Shown here one piece after another: positions 18,231 to 25,550 of a stretch of 35,293 nt of DNA. Both the position numbers and the translations under genes were made by a program. Each line of letters opens with the position of its first letter. Position 1 is the stretch's first letter. The notes beneath the pieces were generated by a model. That model made no database searches and was not told the DNA's origin. It saw only the letters and a program-made list of their open reading frames with translations. The DNA is from Planctomycetota bacterium (lineage in GTDB: Bacteria > Planctomycetota > MHYJ01 > JACPRB01), in the NCBI GenBank assembly GCA_035649615.1, contig DASRJF010000079.1, positions 1 to 35,293 of the forward strand. Reading direction: 5' to 3'.

Positions 18231-18253
18231 CGACGGCGGCCCCGGACCCCGAG

Positions 18254-18295
18254 GGAATCTGGAATCTCGAATTTAGAATTTGAACGGCGGAATTC
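18254..18295 (+). repeat. Heptanucleotide tandem array of 6 units (nGAATnT type)
   Basis: GGAATCT GGAATCT CGAATTT AGAATTT GAACGGC GGAATTC. The reverse complement contains GAATTCCGCCGTTC, close to GATTCCGCCGATC at 31226-31238. Confidence 0.8.
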
Positions 18296-18319
18296 CGACG
18301 ACGAGGCCCGACCTTCGGC

Positions 18320-20350
18320 TCAATTCCCCTCGTTGAGCTGGTGCAGGTACTCCGACGCCTGGCCTTCGAACTGGGTCCCCTTGAGCTCCCGAAGCAGGTC
18401 CCGGGCCATGGCCGGATAGTTCGCGGACATGGCGTACAGCGCGAGCGCGAACTTGTTCCCCGGCGAATCGAGCAGGGGAGGGAGCTTGTCGGTGCGGGTC
18501 AGGGCCATTTCGCGGATCCCCGTCGGCCCGAACTTGGACCACGGAGCGAAGTCCGACGGCTGCTGCCCGATGACGTAGATGACGCCGTCCGTCTGGGCCT
18601 TCGTGAGCGTCACATTCTTCGCCTGCGTCGTCCCGATCGTCAGCTTCAACAGGTACGGATTCGTCGCCAGGATGCGATCGATGAGCTGCTGCTTGAACAT
18701 CGCGATGTGCTCCCGGCGGCGCAGGATCTCGCTGAACTCGGGCCGCTTCAGCACGTCCGGGCCGAGCGAATCGACCAGGTCGGGACGGAATTCCTCCAGG
18801 TGTTTCATCGCCTTGTCCGTGGAGGTGCCGCTTTCGAACCAGCTCCGGATCCTCGACTGGAAGATGAACGTGGCCGAGGCCGCGATCAGCATCAGGAAGA
18901 CCACGAGCAGGATCGGGACCCACCGGCCCTTGCGCGATCCCAGCGACTCGGCGATGTCCTGCATCCCCGCCGGGAGCGTATTGACGGACGCCATCTTCGG
19001 AAGCGACCGCTTGCCTCCCCCCGAGACGTTGGCCAGCTCCTCGGCGAACGCGAGCGCGTTCTGGGGACGCTTCTGCGGATCCTTGGACAGGGACCGCATG
19101 CACAGCGCCTCCAATTCCGGGGGGACGACGAGCATCCGGCGCGAGGAGGCCGCCGCCGAGTCCCGGCCCCAGGCCAGCTCGCTCGGCGCCTTCGGTTTCT
19201 CATCCTGGACGCGCTTGAGGACGTCCATCACCTCGCCGACGAACGGCGGCTGCCCCGCCAGCATCTCGTAGAGGATCGACCCCAGGCCGTACACGTCGGT
19301 GCGCGGATCGAGCAGGTCGTTGCGCCCCGCCGCCTGCTCCGGCGCCATGTACGACGGCGTCCCGCTCACCACGCCCTGCTCGACCTTGATCTCGCCGAGC
19401 TGGCGGGCGAGGCCGAAGTCCAGGATGCAGGCGCGTCCCTCGCCCGTGACCATGATGTTCGCGGGCTTCAGGTCGCAATGGAGCAGCGGCGCCGGCCGCG
19501 TGTGCGCATAGTGGAGCGCCTGCGCCGTCTCGTAGAGGACGCCGATCCACTTCCGCGGATTCTCGTGGAAGGGCGAGACCTTGCCGGCCTTCTTGCACTC
19601 CTGGATCTCGTCGAGCATCGTCCGGCCGTCGAGGAACTCCATGCTGATGTAGTACTCGTCCTCGACCCGGCCGATGTCGTAGATCGACACGATGTTCGGA
19701 TGGCGGAGCTTGATCGCGTTGTGGGCCTCGTTGAGGAGGCTCGCGACCCGCGTGTGGCGGACCGCCTTGCCCGAGCCCTGCGGCGGAGGCTTGATCCGCT
19801 TGAGCGCCACGAGCTGGTTCAGGTAGACGTCCCACGCGCGGTAGATCGCGCCGATGCCCCCGCGCCCGATCTCGCCCAGGATGACGTACTTGCCGAACCG
19901 CTTGGAGGGATCCTTGCGCGCCTCGATGACATCGGGCGGGACCGGCGCGCTGCTGGCGACGATGATCATCGAGTCGATGCTGTCGTCCGGGCGGTCCGGC
20001 GACGGCTCGATGAGAATCGTCTCGCACTTCCCGCACTTGTAGCCGATGGCGTCCGGCCGCAAGTTGACCGTCACCATGATGTTGCAGCGCGTGCAGAGGA
20101 GGACCTTCTTGTTCTGCTCCGCGAGGGCGTCGCGGATGGCCTCCTTGGTCGTGTAGCCCTTCTGGAGCAGCAATTCGCCGATGCGCGGGACCACCGCCTG
20201 GCCCTGCATCGACTGCTGGATCTTCAGGCATTCGTCGAGGTGGACCACGGTGACGGACCCCATCCGGAGCAGGATCTGCCCCATGTCCGCCCGCGGAGGC
20301 GCGGACAGGGCGGGAGACGTCACCGGGCCGGGCGGAGGGGGAATAGCCAT
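18320..20350 (-). CDS. Membrane Ser/Thr protein kinase STK3: one MshEN/T2SSE_N-like module, zinc ribbon, non-RD Hanks kinase, TM helix, uncharacterised extracytoplasmic domain
   Basis: Track ORF 18320..20548. The real start is probably ATG 20350 (MAIPPPPGPV), because upstream of it the ORF is Arg/Cys-rich shadow. Motifs are GRGGIGAIYRA, VALKRI, HCDLKPAN (non-RD), DFGLAR and GTPSYMAPEQ. The zinc ribbon is CTRC-x16-CGKC. The TM helix is WVPILLVVFLMLIAASATFIF. Confidence 0.9.
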   Translation of the reverse strand: MAIPPPPGPVTSPALSAPPRADMGQILLRMGSVTVVHLDECLKIQQSMQGQAVVPRIGELLLQKGYTTKEAIRDALAEQNKKVLLCTRCNIMVTVNLRPDAIGYKCGKCETILIEPSPDRPDDSIDSMIIVASSAPVPPDVIEARKDPSKRFGKYVILGEIGRGGIGAIYRAWDVYLNQLVALKRIKPPPQGSGKAVRHTRVASLLNEAHNAIKLRHPNIVSIYDIGRVEDEYYISMEFLDGRTMLDEIQECKKAGKVSPFHENPRKWIGVLYETAQALHYAHTRPAPLLHCDLKPANIMVTGEGRACILDFGLARQLGEIKVEQGVVSGTPSYMAPEQAAGRNDLLDPRTDVYGLGSILYEMLAGQPPFVGEVMDVLKRVQDEKPKAPSELAWGRDSAAASSRRMLVVPPELEALCMRSLSKDPQKRPQNALAFAEELANVSGGGKRSLPKMASVNTLPAGMQDIAESLGSRKGRWVPILLVVFLMLIAASATFIFQSRIRSWFESGTSTDKAMKHLEEFRPDLVDSLGPDVLKRPEFSEILRRREHIAMFKQQLIDRILATNPYLLKLTIGTTQAKNVTLTKAQTDGVIYVIGQQPSDFAPWSKFGPTGIREMALTRTDKLPPLLDSPGNKFALALYAMSANYPAMARDLLRELKGTQFEGQASEYLHQLNEGN

Positions 20351-20426
20351 AAGCGGCCCCGGGTCGATCCCGGGGTCCGCATAGATAATACACAAATCGC
20401 GGTCGAGGAGGGAGCCCGGCGAGCGA

Positions 20427-21962
20427 CTACGGCGGCGCCCCGGCCAGGTCCGCAGGCAGGTGGGCCAGCCCGATCCGGGAGCCCCCGGCCGCCGCGAGCA
20501 GGCGTTCCACGACCACGCGCAGCTCCCGCACGTTGCCCGGCCAGGCATGGGATTCCAGGCGGCGCCGGACCTCGGGGTCGAGATGATCGTCGAGCGAACC
20601 GACGCCGCGGCCGCCGAGCGTCCTCAGGAAATGATGGAGGAGCGCCGGCAGATCGCCCATCCGATCGCGCAGCGGGGGCAGCGCGACCACGTCGCCGAAC
20701 CGGCGGTCGAAGCCCTGTCCGCTGGAGGCGCCCGCCAGGACCCGAACGTCCTCCTCCACCGACGGCTCTTCCACGAGGACGAGGAGCCGCTCGCGGATCG
20801 GTTCCGCCATCGTGTCGAGGCCGTCGACATACAGGGTGCCGCCGCGCGCCTCGGCGACGCGACCCCCGGCCCCGAACAAGGCCGCCTCGAGGAGGCCGGG
20901 CGCGACGGCCGCGCCGCGGACCGACACGAACGGTCCCACGGCGCGGGGTCCGAGGGTGTGAAGCCGCCGGGCCGCCCGCTCCTTCCCCGTGCCGGGCTCG
21001 CCCGTGAACAGGACCGGCGTGTCCGACGAGGCCGCGCGCTCGATGCTCGCGATGGCGGCGGACAGGGCGCCCGAGGTCACCAGCTCGCATCCCTCCGCCA
21101 GGCGTCCGGCGGCCGCGGCCACCGCCTCGCGGGCCCGCCGCATCCGGCGCGCGGTGGCGATCGCCCCGGCGCCGAAGGACGCGATCCACGCCGCGTAGCG
21201 AAGGTCGGCGCGCGTGAAGGCCGGCGGCGGGGCGTCGAGGTAGACGAACCCCAGCATGTCCCGGCCCGCCGCGAGGGGCGTCGCCAGCACCTCGACGGGC
21301 CGGCCCGACCACGTCCCTCCCCGCGCCGCGTCCGACGCGAGCACCGACTTGCGCTCCTTCCACACCTTGTGGAAGAGCACGTTCGAAAGCTGGATCTCGT
21401 CGTCCCCCGGGGGAGCGCGCCGCGCCGCGGGCTGGAGGCGGCCTCCTTCTGAAGCCAGCATGACAAAGCCCCGGCGCGCCTTCAGATCCGTCACCAGGCG
21501 GTCGAGGAGCATCCGGACCGCCGTGTCTTCCGGCTCCGCCCCGTGGAACGCGCGCGCGGCGTCGAGCGTGGAGGCCGTCCGCGCGGCATCGAGCGCCTCG
21601 TCGAACGGATCCTCGAGCGTTTCGGTGACGAGCGTCGCCCCGCCGGGCCGCGAGCGGGGCGAGCTGTCGCGCTCGGCCGTGGGATCGAAGACGAGCAGGT
21701 GCTCGCCGATCTCGATCTCGTCGTCGCGCGAGAGGTCCTTTTCGGCGACCTTCTGCCCGTTCACGAAGATCCCGTTGCGGCTCCCCGCATCCTGGATGGC
21801 GAACCCTGCGGAACGGCGCACGAATCGTGCGTGCACGCGGGAGATGTGGTTGCCTTCGATGCGGACGGCGCAAGAGACCGCACGGCCGACGGTGCTTCCG
21901 TCGTCGATTTCGAACGTCCGGCCGCGCAGCGGGCCTTCGACGGCGACGAGTCGGGTCGTCAT
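20427..21962 (-). CDS. FHA, GAF-like and sigma-54-interaction-type AAA+ protein with no DNA-binding domain
   Basis: Start at ATG 21962 (MTTRLVAVEGPLRGRTFEI), which overlaps the upstream stop (ATGA at 21959-21962). FHA motifs are GRAVSCAVRI..ISRVHARF..DAGSRNGIFVNG. AAA+ motifs are VLFTGEPGTGKE, GGTLYVDGLD and WPGNVRELR. The protein ends about 30 aa after the sensor-II region. Confidence 0.85.
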   Translation of the reverse strand: MTTRLVAVEGPLRGRTFEIDDGSTVGRAVSCAVRIEGNHISRVHARFVRRSAGFAIQDAGSRNGIFVNGQKVAEKDLSRDDEIEIGEHLLVFDPTAERDSSPRSRPGGATLVTETLEDPFDEALDAARTASTLDAARAFHGAEPEDTAVRMLLDRLVTDLKARRGFVMLASEGGRLQPAARRAPPGDDEIQLSNVLFHKVWKERKSVLASDAARGGTWSGRPVEVLATPLAAGRDMLGFVYLDAPPPAFTRADLRYAAWIASFGAGAIATARRMRRAREAVAAAAGRLAEGCELVTSGALSAAIASIERAASSDTPVLFTGEPGTGKERAARRLHTLGPRAVGPFVSVRGAAVAPGLLEAALFGAGGRVAEARGGTLYVDGLDTMAEPIRERLLVLVEEPSVEEDVRVLAGASSGQGFDRRFGDVVALPPLRDRMGDLPALLHHFLRTLGGRGVGSLDDHLDPEVRRRLESHAWPGNVRELRVVVERLLAAAGGSRIGLAHLPADLAGAPP

Positions 21963-23854
21963 CTCGTGATTTTCAACGTCTTCTTCATCCGTTCCAGCGC
22001 GGGCCGGCAGGCGTCCTCGTCCCCCTTCAGGACGACCTCGAGCACCTCGCCGGGGCCCAGGCGCACGTACCACCGGCTGTCGGTCTCGTAAGTCTCGCGC
22101 CCCTCCAGCGTCCCCAATTCTCCTGACGACGAGGCGCCCAGCTTCCGTGCGGCCTTTCGGGTGTCGAGCTTGACGAGCTCGTACGGCAGGTCGATGTAGC
22201 TCACGATCGCCCGGTTGTCCGGGTCGGCCGATCCGATCACGGCGAGCGTGAACGGCGGGAGATCCTTCGCGTCGCGGAACGTCCAGCCCTCGGGCTTCTC
22301 GAATGCGACGCCGAGGAGCGGCGCCTCGAAACGGTTCCCCTCCGCCGCCGGCGGCGGCGCCACTTTCGTGGCGCGGCCCTCGATCGTGTAGTCGAGGATC
22401 TCGATCTTCATGGCGCCGTGCATGAACCCCGCGCCCCGCATTCCCTCGAGCGTCGAGCCGGAATCTTCCGCGTCCGTCTCGCTGAACTTGAGGCGGGCCG
22501 CGTCGGCGACGCTCCCGCCGAGCGTCGCGTCAAAGTCCACCCACCGCCCCAGCCAGGCGCTCGTCCACGCGTGGCCTCCCCAGGCGCCGCGGTAATAGAG
22601 GTACCCGCAGCACACCTTCGCGGGGATTCCCGCCGCGCGGAACATGGCCGCCAGGAGGACCGCGTGCTCGGTGCAGTCCCCGGTCCGGTTCGTGTAGACC
22701 TCGCGGGCGCTCGCCGCCCCGATGTCCATGCTCTTCTTGTCGATGTGGTTGTGCACCCACGCGGCGAGGCGGCCGGCCACGAGGGCGGGGTCCTTCTCGT
22801 CTCCGGCGATTTTCCGGGCCTCCGCCGCGATCTCCGCGTCATCGCATTGAACGGCCGGCGACGGCTTGAGGAAGATCGCCAGGTCCGGACCCGGCGTTCC
22901 GGTCGTGGGCTGACTCGACTCCACGCGCAGGGTCACGGATCGCGCGCTCCGGTTGACCACCGACTGGGTCCCGGCCGGGGCTTTCCATTCCGCGAAGACC
23001 TCGTCGGGCCGCGTCATCTGGACGGTGAGGGCCGTGATCTCGCGGGGACGGGGAAGCGCGACGTTCGACCGCGGCATGGTTCCGAAGAAGACCTCGGGCA
23101 TCTCGGCGCCGGTGTTCTTCAGCGCCTCCTCCCGGGTCGCGGGCTCCATGACGATCTTGATCCCCATCATGTTGGTTTCCATCGCGACGGAGGACGCCTT
23201 GTCGTCCATCCAGGAGGTGATGGCGATGCCCGGTTGAAGCGACGTCTTCGTGAGGACGCGGACGAGCTCCTGTTCGCGGCCCTGGAAAGTCTTCTTCTCG
23301 CGGCCTTCCACGAGAATGGAGATCTCGTCGGGCTTCCCCAGTTCCGCGTTGAAGCTCTTGAGCGTGTAGGCGGTTCCCTTCGCGAATCCCTTCTTGAGCG
23401 TGGCAAGCCGCATTCCCTCGGACAGGATCCACTCGGGGTCCCAGGCGATCTCGGATTCGCGGGTCGCGCCTCCGGTCGTGGTCGACAGCTTGAGCCGGCC
23501 GTCCTTGATGACTCCCTCGTTCACGGTCGGGGACGACGACATCACCATGCGCGACGTGAAGCGCAGCGGCCGGCCGTCGGGAGTTTCGACATGCCGCGTG
23601 TCCGTCGTGACCTCGATGCCGGTGCCCATGCGCTTCAGGACCATGCGGGACTTGACTTGCGTTTCGACCTCGTCGGGGCGGCACGTCCGCGTGCCGTGGA
23701 CGTAACCGACGCGCACGGCGCGCTCTCCCACCACCGACATGATTCCCCAGCTCTCCTCGACCTGGACCTCGGGCTTCGGCGGCGCGAGGGGGGCCGGCAC
23801 GTGGCTGTCGCACGCCGAGGCGAGGAGAAGAAGGAGGGCGACGGCGGCGCGCAT
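21959..23854 (-). CDS. Transglutaminase-like (Cys-His-Asp) lipoprotein
   Basis: Start at ATG 23854 (MRAAVALLLLLASAC, lipobox-like ASAC), with GGGAG 7 nt upstream. The core is TGDCTEHAVLLAAMFRAAGIPAKVCCGY..GGHAWTSAWL..WVDFDAT. Confidence 0.85.
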   Translation of the reverse strand: MRAAVALLLLLASACDSHVPAPLAPPKPEVQVEESWGIMSVVGERAVRVGYVHGTRTCRPDEVETQVKSRMVLKRMGTGIEVTTDTRHVETPDGRPLRFTSRMVMSSSPTVNEGVIKDGRLKLSTTTGGATRESEIAWDPEWILSEGMRLATLKKGFAKGTAYTLKSFNAELGKPDEISILVEGREKKTFQGREQELVRVLTKTSLQPGIAITSWMDDKASSVAMETNMMGIKIVMEPATREEALKNTGAEMPEVFFGTMPRSNVALPRPREITALTVQMTRPDEVFAEWKAPAGTQSVVNRSARSVTLRVESSQPTTGTPGPDLAIFLKPSPAVQCDDAEIAAEARKIAGDEKDPALVAGRLAAWVHNHIDKKSMDIGAASAREVYTNRTGDCTEHAVLLAAMFRAAGIPAKVCCGYLYYRGAWGGHAWTSAWLGRWVDFDATLGGSVADAARLKFSETDAEDSGSTLEGMRGAGFMHGAMKIEILDYTIEGRATKVAPPPAAEGNRFEAPLLGVAFEKPEGWTFRDAKDLPPFTLAVIGSADPDNRAIVSYIDLPYELVKLDTRKAARKLGASSSGELGTLEGRETYETDSRWYVRLGPGEVLEVVLKGDEDACRPALERMKKTLKITR

Positions 23855-24019
23855 CGGTTGGCTCCCGGGAACGGATGACAGGGAACGAGCTACCCCTGCT
23901 TGAAGTCGGCCCAATGGGTCAGAGTATATACGACGCCGGCCGGGACACTTCCGTCCGTGCCGGGACAGACTCCAAGACTGGGCGTCCCTGAAGTGTGAGA
24001 ACGGGGAGCCGGGGAACTT

Positions 24020-24358
24020 CTAACGCCGGGAACTGAAGCAGTCGCTGCAGTACACGGGCCGGTCGCCGCGCGGCTTGAAAGGGACCTGCGTCTGCTTGCC
24101 GCACTGGGCGCACACGGCGGGGAACATTTCCCGCGGTCCCCCGCGTCCGCCGCCCATGCCGCCGCCGCCGCCCCCGCCGCCGCCCCCGCCGCGCCCGCCC
24201 CCGCCGCCGCCGGTCGCCGCCTTCTTCGCCGCCCGGCAGGGGGCGCACCGCTTGGGCTCATTCGTGAACCCGAGCTGGGCATGCCGCTCCTGCTCCGCCG
24301 CGGTGAACGTGAACGCCGCTCCGCACTCCACGCACGTCAACTGCTTGTCCGTGTACAT
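24020..24358 (-). CDS. Small double zinc-ribbon protein (CxxC..CxxC twice) with a Gly/Arg-rich linker
   Basis: Start at ATG 24358 (MYTDKQLTCVECGAAFTFTAAEQE). The Cys pairs are CVEC..CAPC and CAQC..CSDC. The linker GGGGGGRGGGGGGGGGGGMGGGRGG is encoded at 24137-24211. Confidence 0.75.
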   Translation of the reverse strand: MYTDKQLTCVECGAAFTFTAAEQERHAQLGFTNEPKRCAPCRAAKKAATGGGGGGRGGGGGGGGGGGMGGGRGGPREMFPAVCAQCGKQTQVPFKPRGDRPVYCSDCFSSRR

Positions 24359-24488
24359 TCCCGGCCCCGCTGTTGTGACTACTGCAACCTGTGCTCGGCG
24401 CACCCTGCGTCGAGGGGGGAATTATCCCACCTTTGTTCCGGCCAAAGCCAATAAAAAAATTTGATCGCGCCGGGGGGAGCTCCCGAGG

Positions 24489-24517
24489 TTGAGCCGGACC
24501 GGCGCGTGCCCCATAAT
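24489..24517 (+). promoter_or_regulatory. Promoter candidate giving a near-leaderless thiF-like mRNA
   Basis: TTGAGC, a 17-nt spacer, then CATAAT ending 9 nt before ATG 24527. No SD sequence is present. Confidence 0.4.
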
Positions 24518-24526
24518 GCGCGCGCC

Positions 24527-25549
24527 ATGACGACGAGCGACCGGTACGCGCGCCAGAGACTTTTCGCGCCCTTCGGCGGGAAGGCCCAGGAGAAGCTCGG
24601 CGCGGCGCGCGTCACCCTCGTCGGCTGCGGCGCGCTGGGAACCCACCTGGCCCAGCACCTCGTGCGGGCCGGCGTCGGACGCCTGAGGATCTGCGACCGC
24701 GATTTCGTCGAGCTGCACAACCTCCAGCGCCAGGTCCTCTTCGACGAGCAGGACGTGCGGGACAACCTTCCCAAGGCGGCCGCGGCCGCGGCCAAGCTGG
24801 CGCGCGTCAACGCCGAGGTGGCCGTCGAGCCGCGCATCGTCGACGTGAATCCCTCCAATGTCGAATCGCTGATCGCGGACGCCGATCTCGTGCTCGACGG
24901 GACCGACAACTTCGAGACGAGGTTCCTGCTGAACGACGCGTGCCTGAAGCGCCGCAAGCCGTGGGTGTATGGAGGATGCGTCGGGGCGGACGGCATGGTC
25001 CTGGCCGTGATCCCGGGAACGACGGCCTGCTTCCGGTGCTTCGTGCCCGACGCGCCGGAGCCGGGGAGCGTGGCGACGTGCGACACGGCGGGCGTGCTGG
25101 GTCCCGCCGTGGGGGTCGTCGCGTCGTTGCAGGCGGCGGAGGCGCTGAAGCTGCTCACGGGGCACGCCGACGCGCTCGCGGAAGGTCTCGTGACGGTGGA
25201 CGTGTGGGGCAACCGCCAGCACGTCTTCAAGATGGCGCGGGTTCCGGAGTGTCCCGCCTGCGGGAAGGGGCGATACGACTTTCTCGAGGGCGGGGCGTCG
25301 GGCGCGGCGACCACGCTGTGCGGGCGGAACGCCGTCCAGATCAGGCCCGCGGCGGAGGCGGCCATCGACCTTCCGGCGCTCGAGCGCCGGCTGGCGGCCG
25401 TGGGCCCGGTGAAACGGAACGAGTACCTGCTCCGCCTCGACGCGGAGGGATTCGAGATCACGGTCTTCCCCGACGGCCGCGCCATCGTGCGGGGAACGGA
25501 CGACCCGGCCCGCGCGCGCGCCGTCTACGCGAAGTTCGTCGGGGCCTGA
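24527..25549 (+). CDS. ThiF/MoeB/HesA-family E1-like adenylyltransferase
   Basis: Start at ATG 24527 (MTTSDRYARQ). Motifs are RYARQ, the nucleotide loop VGCGALGTHLAQHLVRAGVG, DRDFVELHNLQRQ, zinc CxxC pairs CFRC and CPAC, and a C-terminal extension of about 100 aa. Confidence 0.88.
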   Translation: MTTSDRYARQRLFAPFGGKAQEKLGAARVTLVGCGALGTHLAQHLVRAGVGRLRICDRDFVELHNLQRQVLFDEQDVRDNLPKAAAAAAKLARVNAEVAVEPRIVDVNPSNVESLIADADLVLDGTDNFETRFLLNDACLKRRKPWVYGGCVGADGMVLAVIPGTTACFRCFVPDAPEPGSVATCDTAGVLGPAVGVVASLQAAEALKLLTGHADALAEGLVTVDVWGNRQHVFKMARVPECPACGKGRYDFLEGGASGAATTLCGRNAVQIRPAAEAAIDLPALERRLAAVGPVKRNEYLLRLDAEGFEITVFPDGRAIVRGTDDPARARAVYAKFVGA

Positions 25550-25550
25550 C

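Noticed and set aside
18254-18295. Heptamer arrays (also 31218-31280) as CRISPR arrays
   Set aside because: The repeat unit is 7 nt with no spacers, and there are no cas genes. These are simple tandem repeats.
20427-21962. The FHA-AAA+ protein as a conventional sigma-54 enhancer-binding protein with a nearby -24/-12 promoter
   Set aside because: It has no GAFTGA loop and no HTH. I saw no TGGCAC-N5-TTGC-like element in the neighbouring intergenic regions by eye. That scan was not exhaustive.
24137-24211. The GCC/GCCGCC-rich tract as a non-coding microsatellite
   Set aside because: It is in frame within the zinc-ribbon gene and encodes the poly-Gly/Arg linker. I noted it only as a possible slippage site.
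24020-25549. Zinc-ribbon protein plus ThiF-type E1 as a bacterial ubiquitin-like conjugation or anti-phage (Bil/CBASS-Cap2-like) system
   Set aside because: The two genes are divergent, not co-oriented. No ubiquitin-like/ThiS/MoaD, E2 or JAB/deubiquitinase gene is adjacent. The E1 looks like an ordinary ThiF/MoeB with zinc CxxC pairs and a known-type C-terminal extension.
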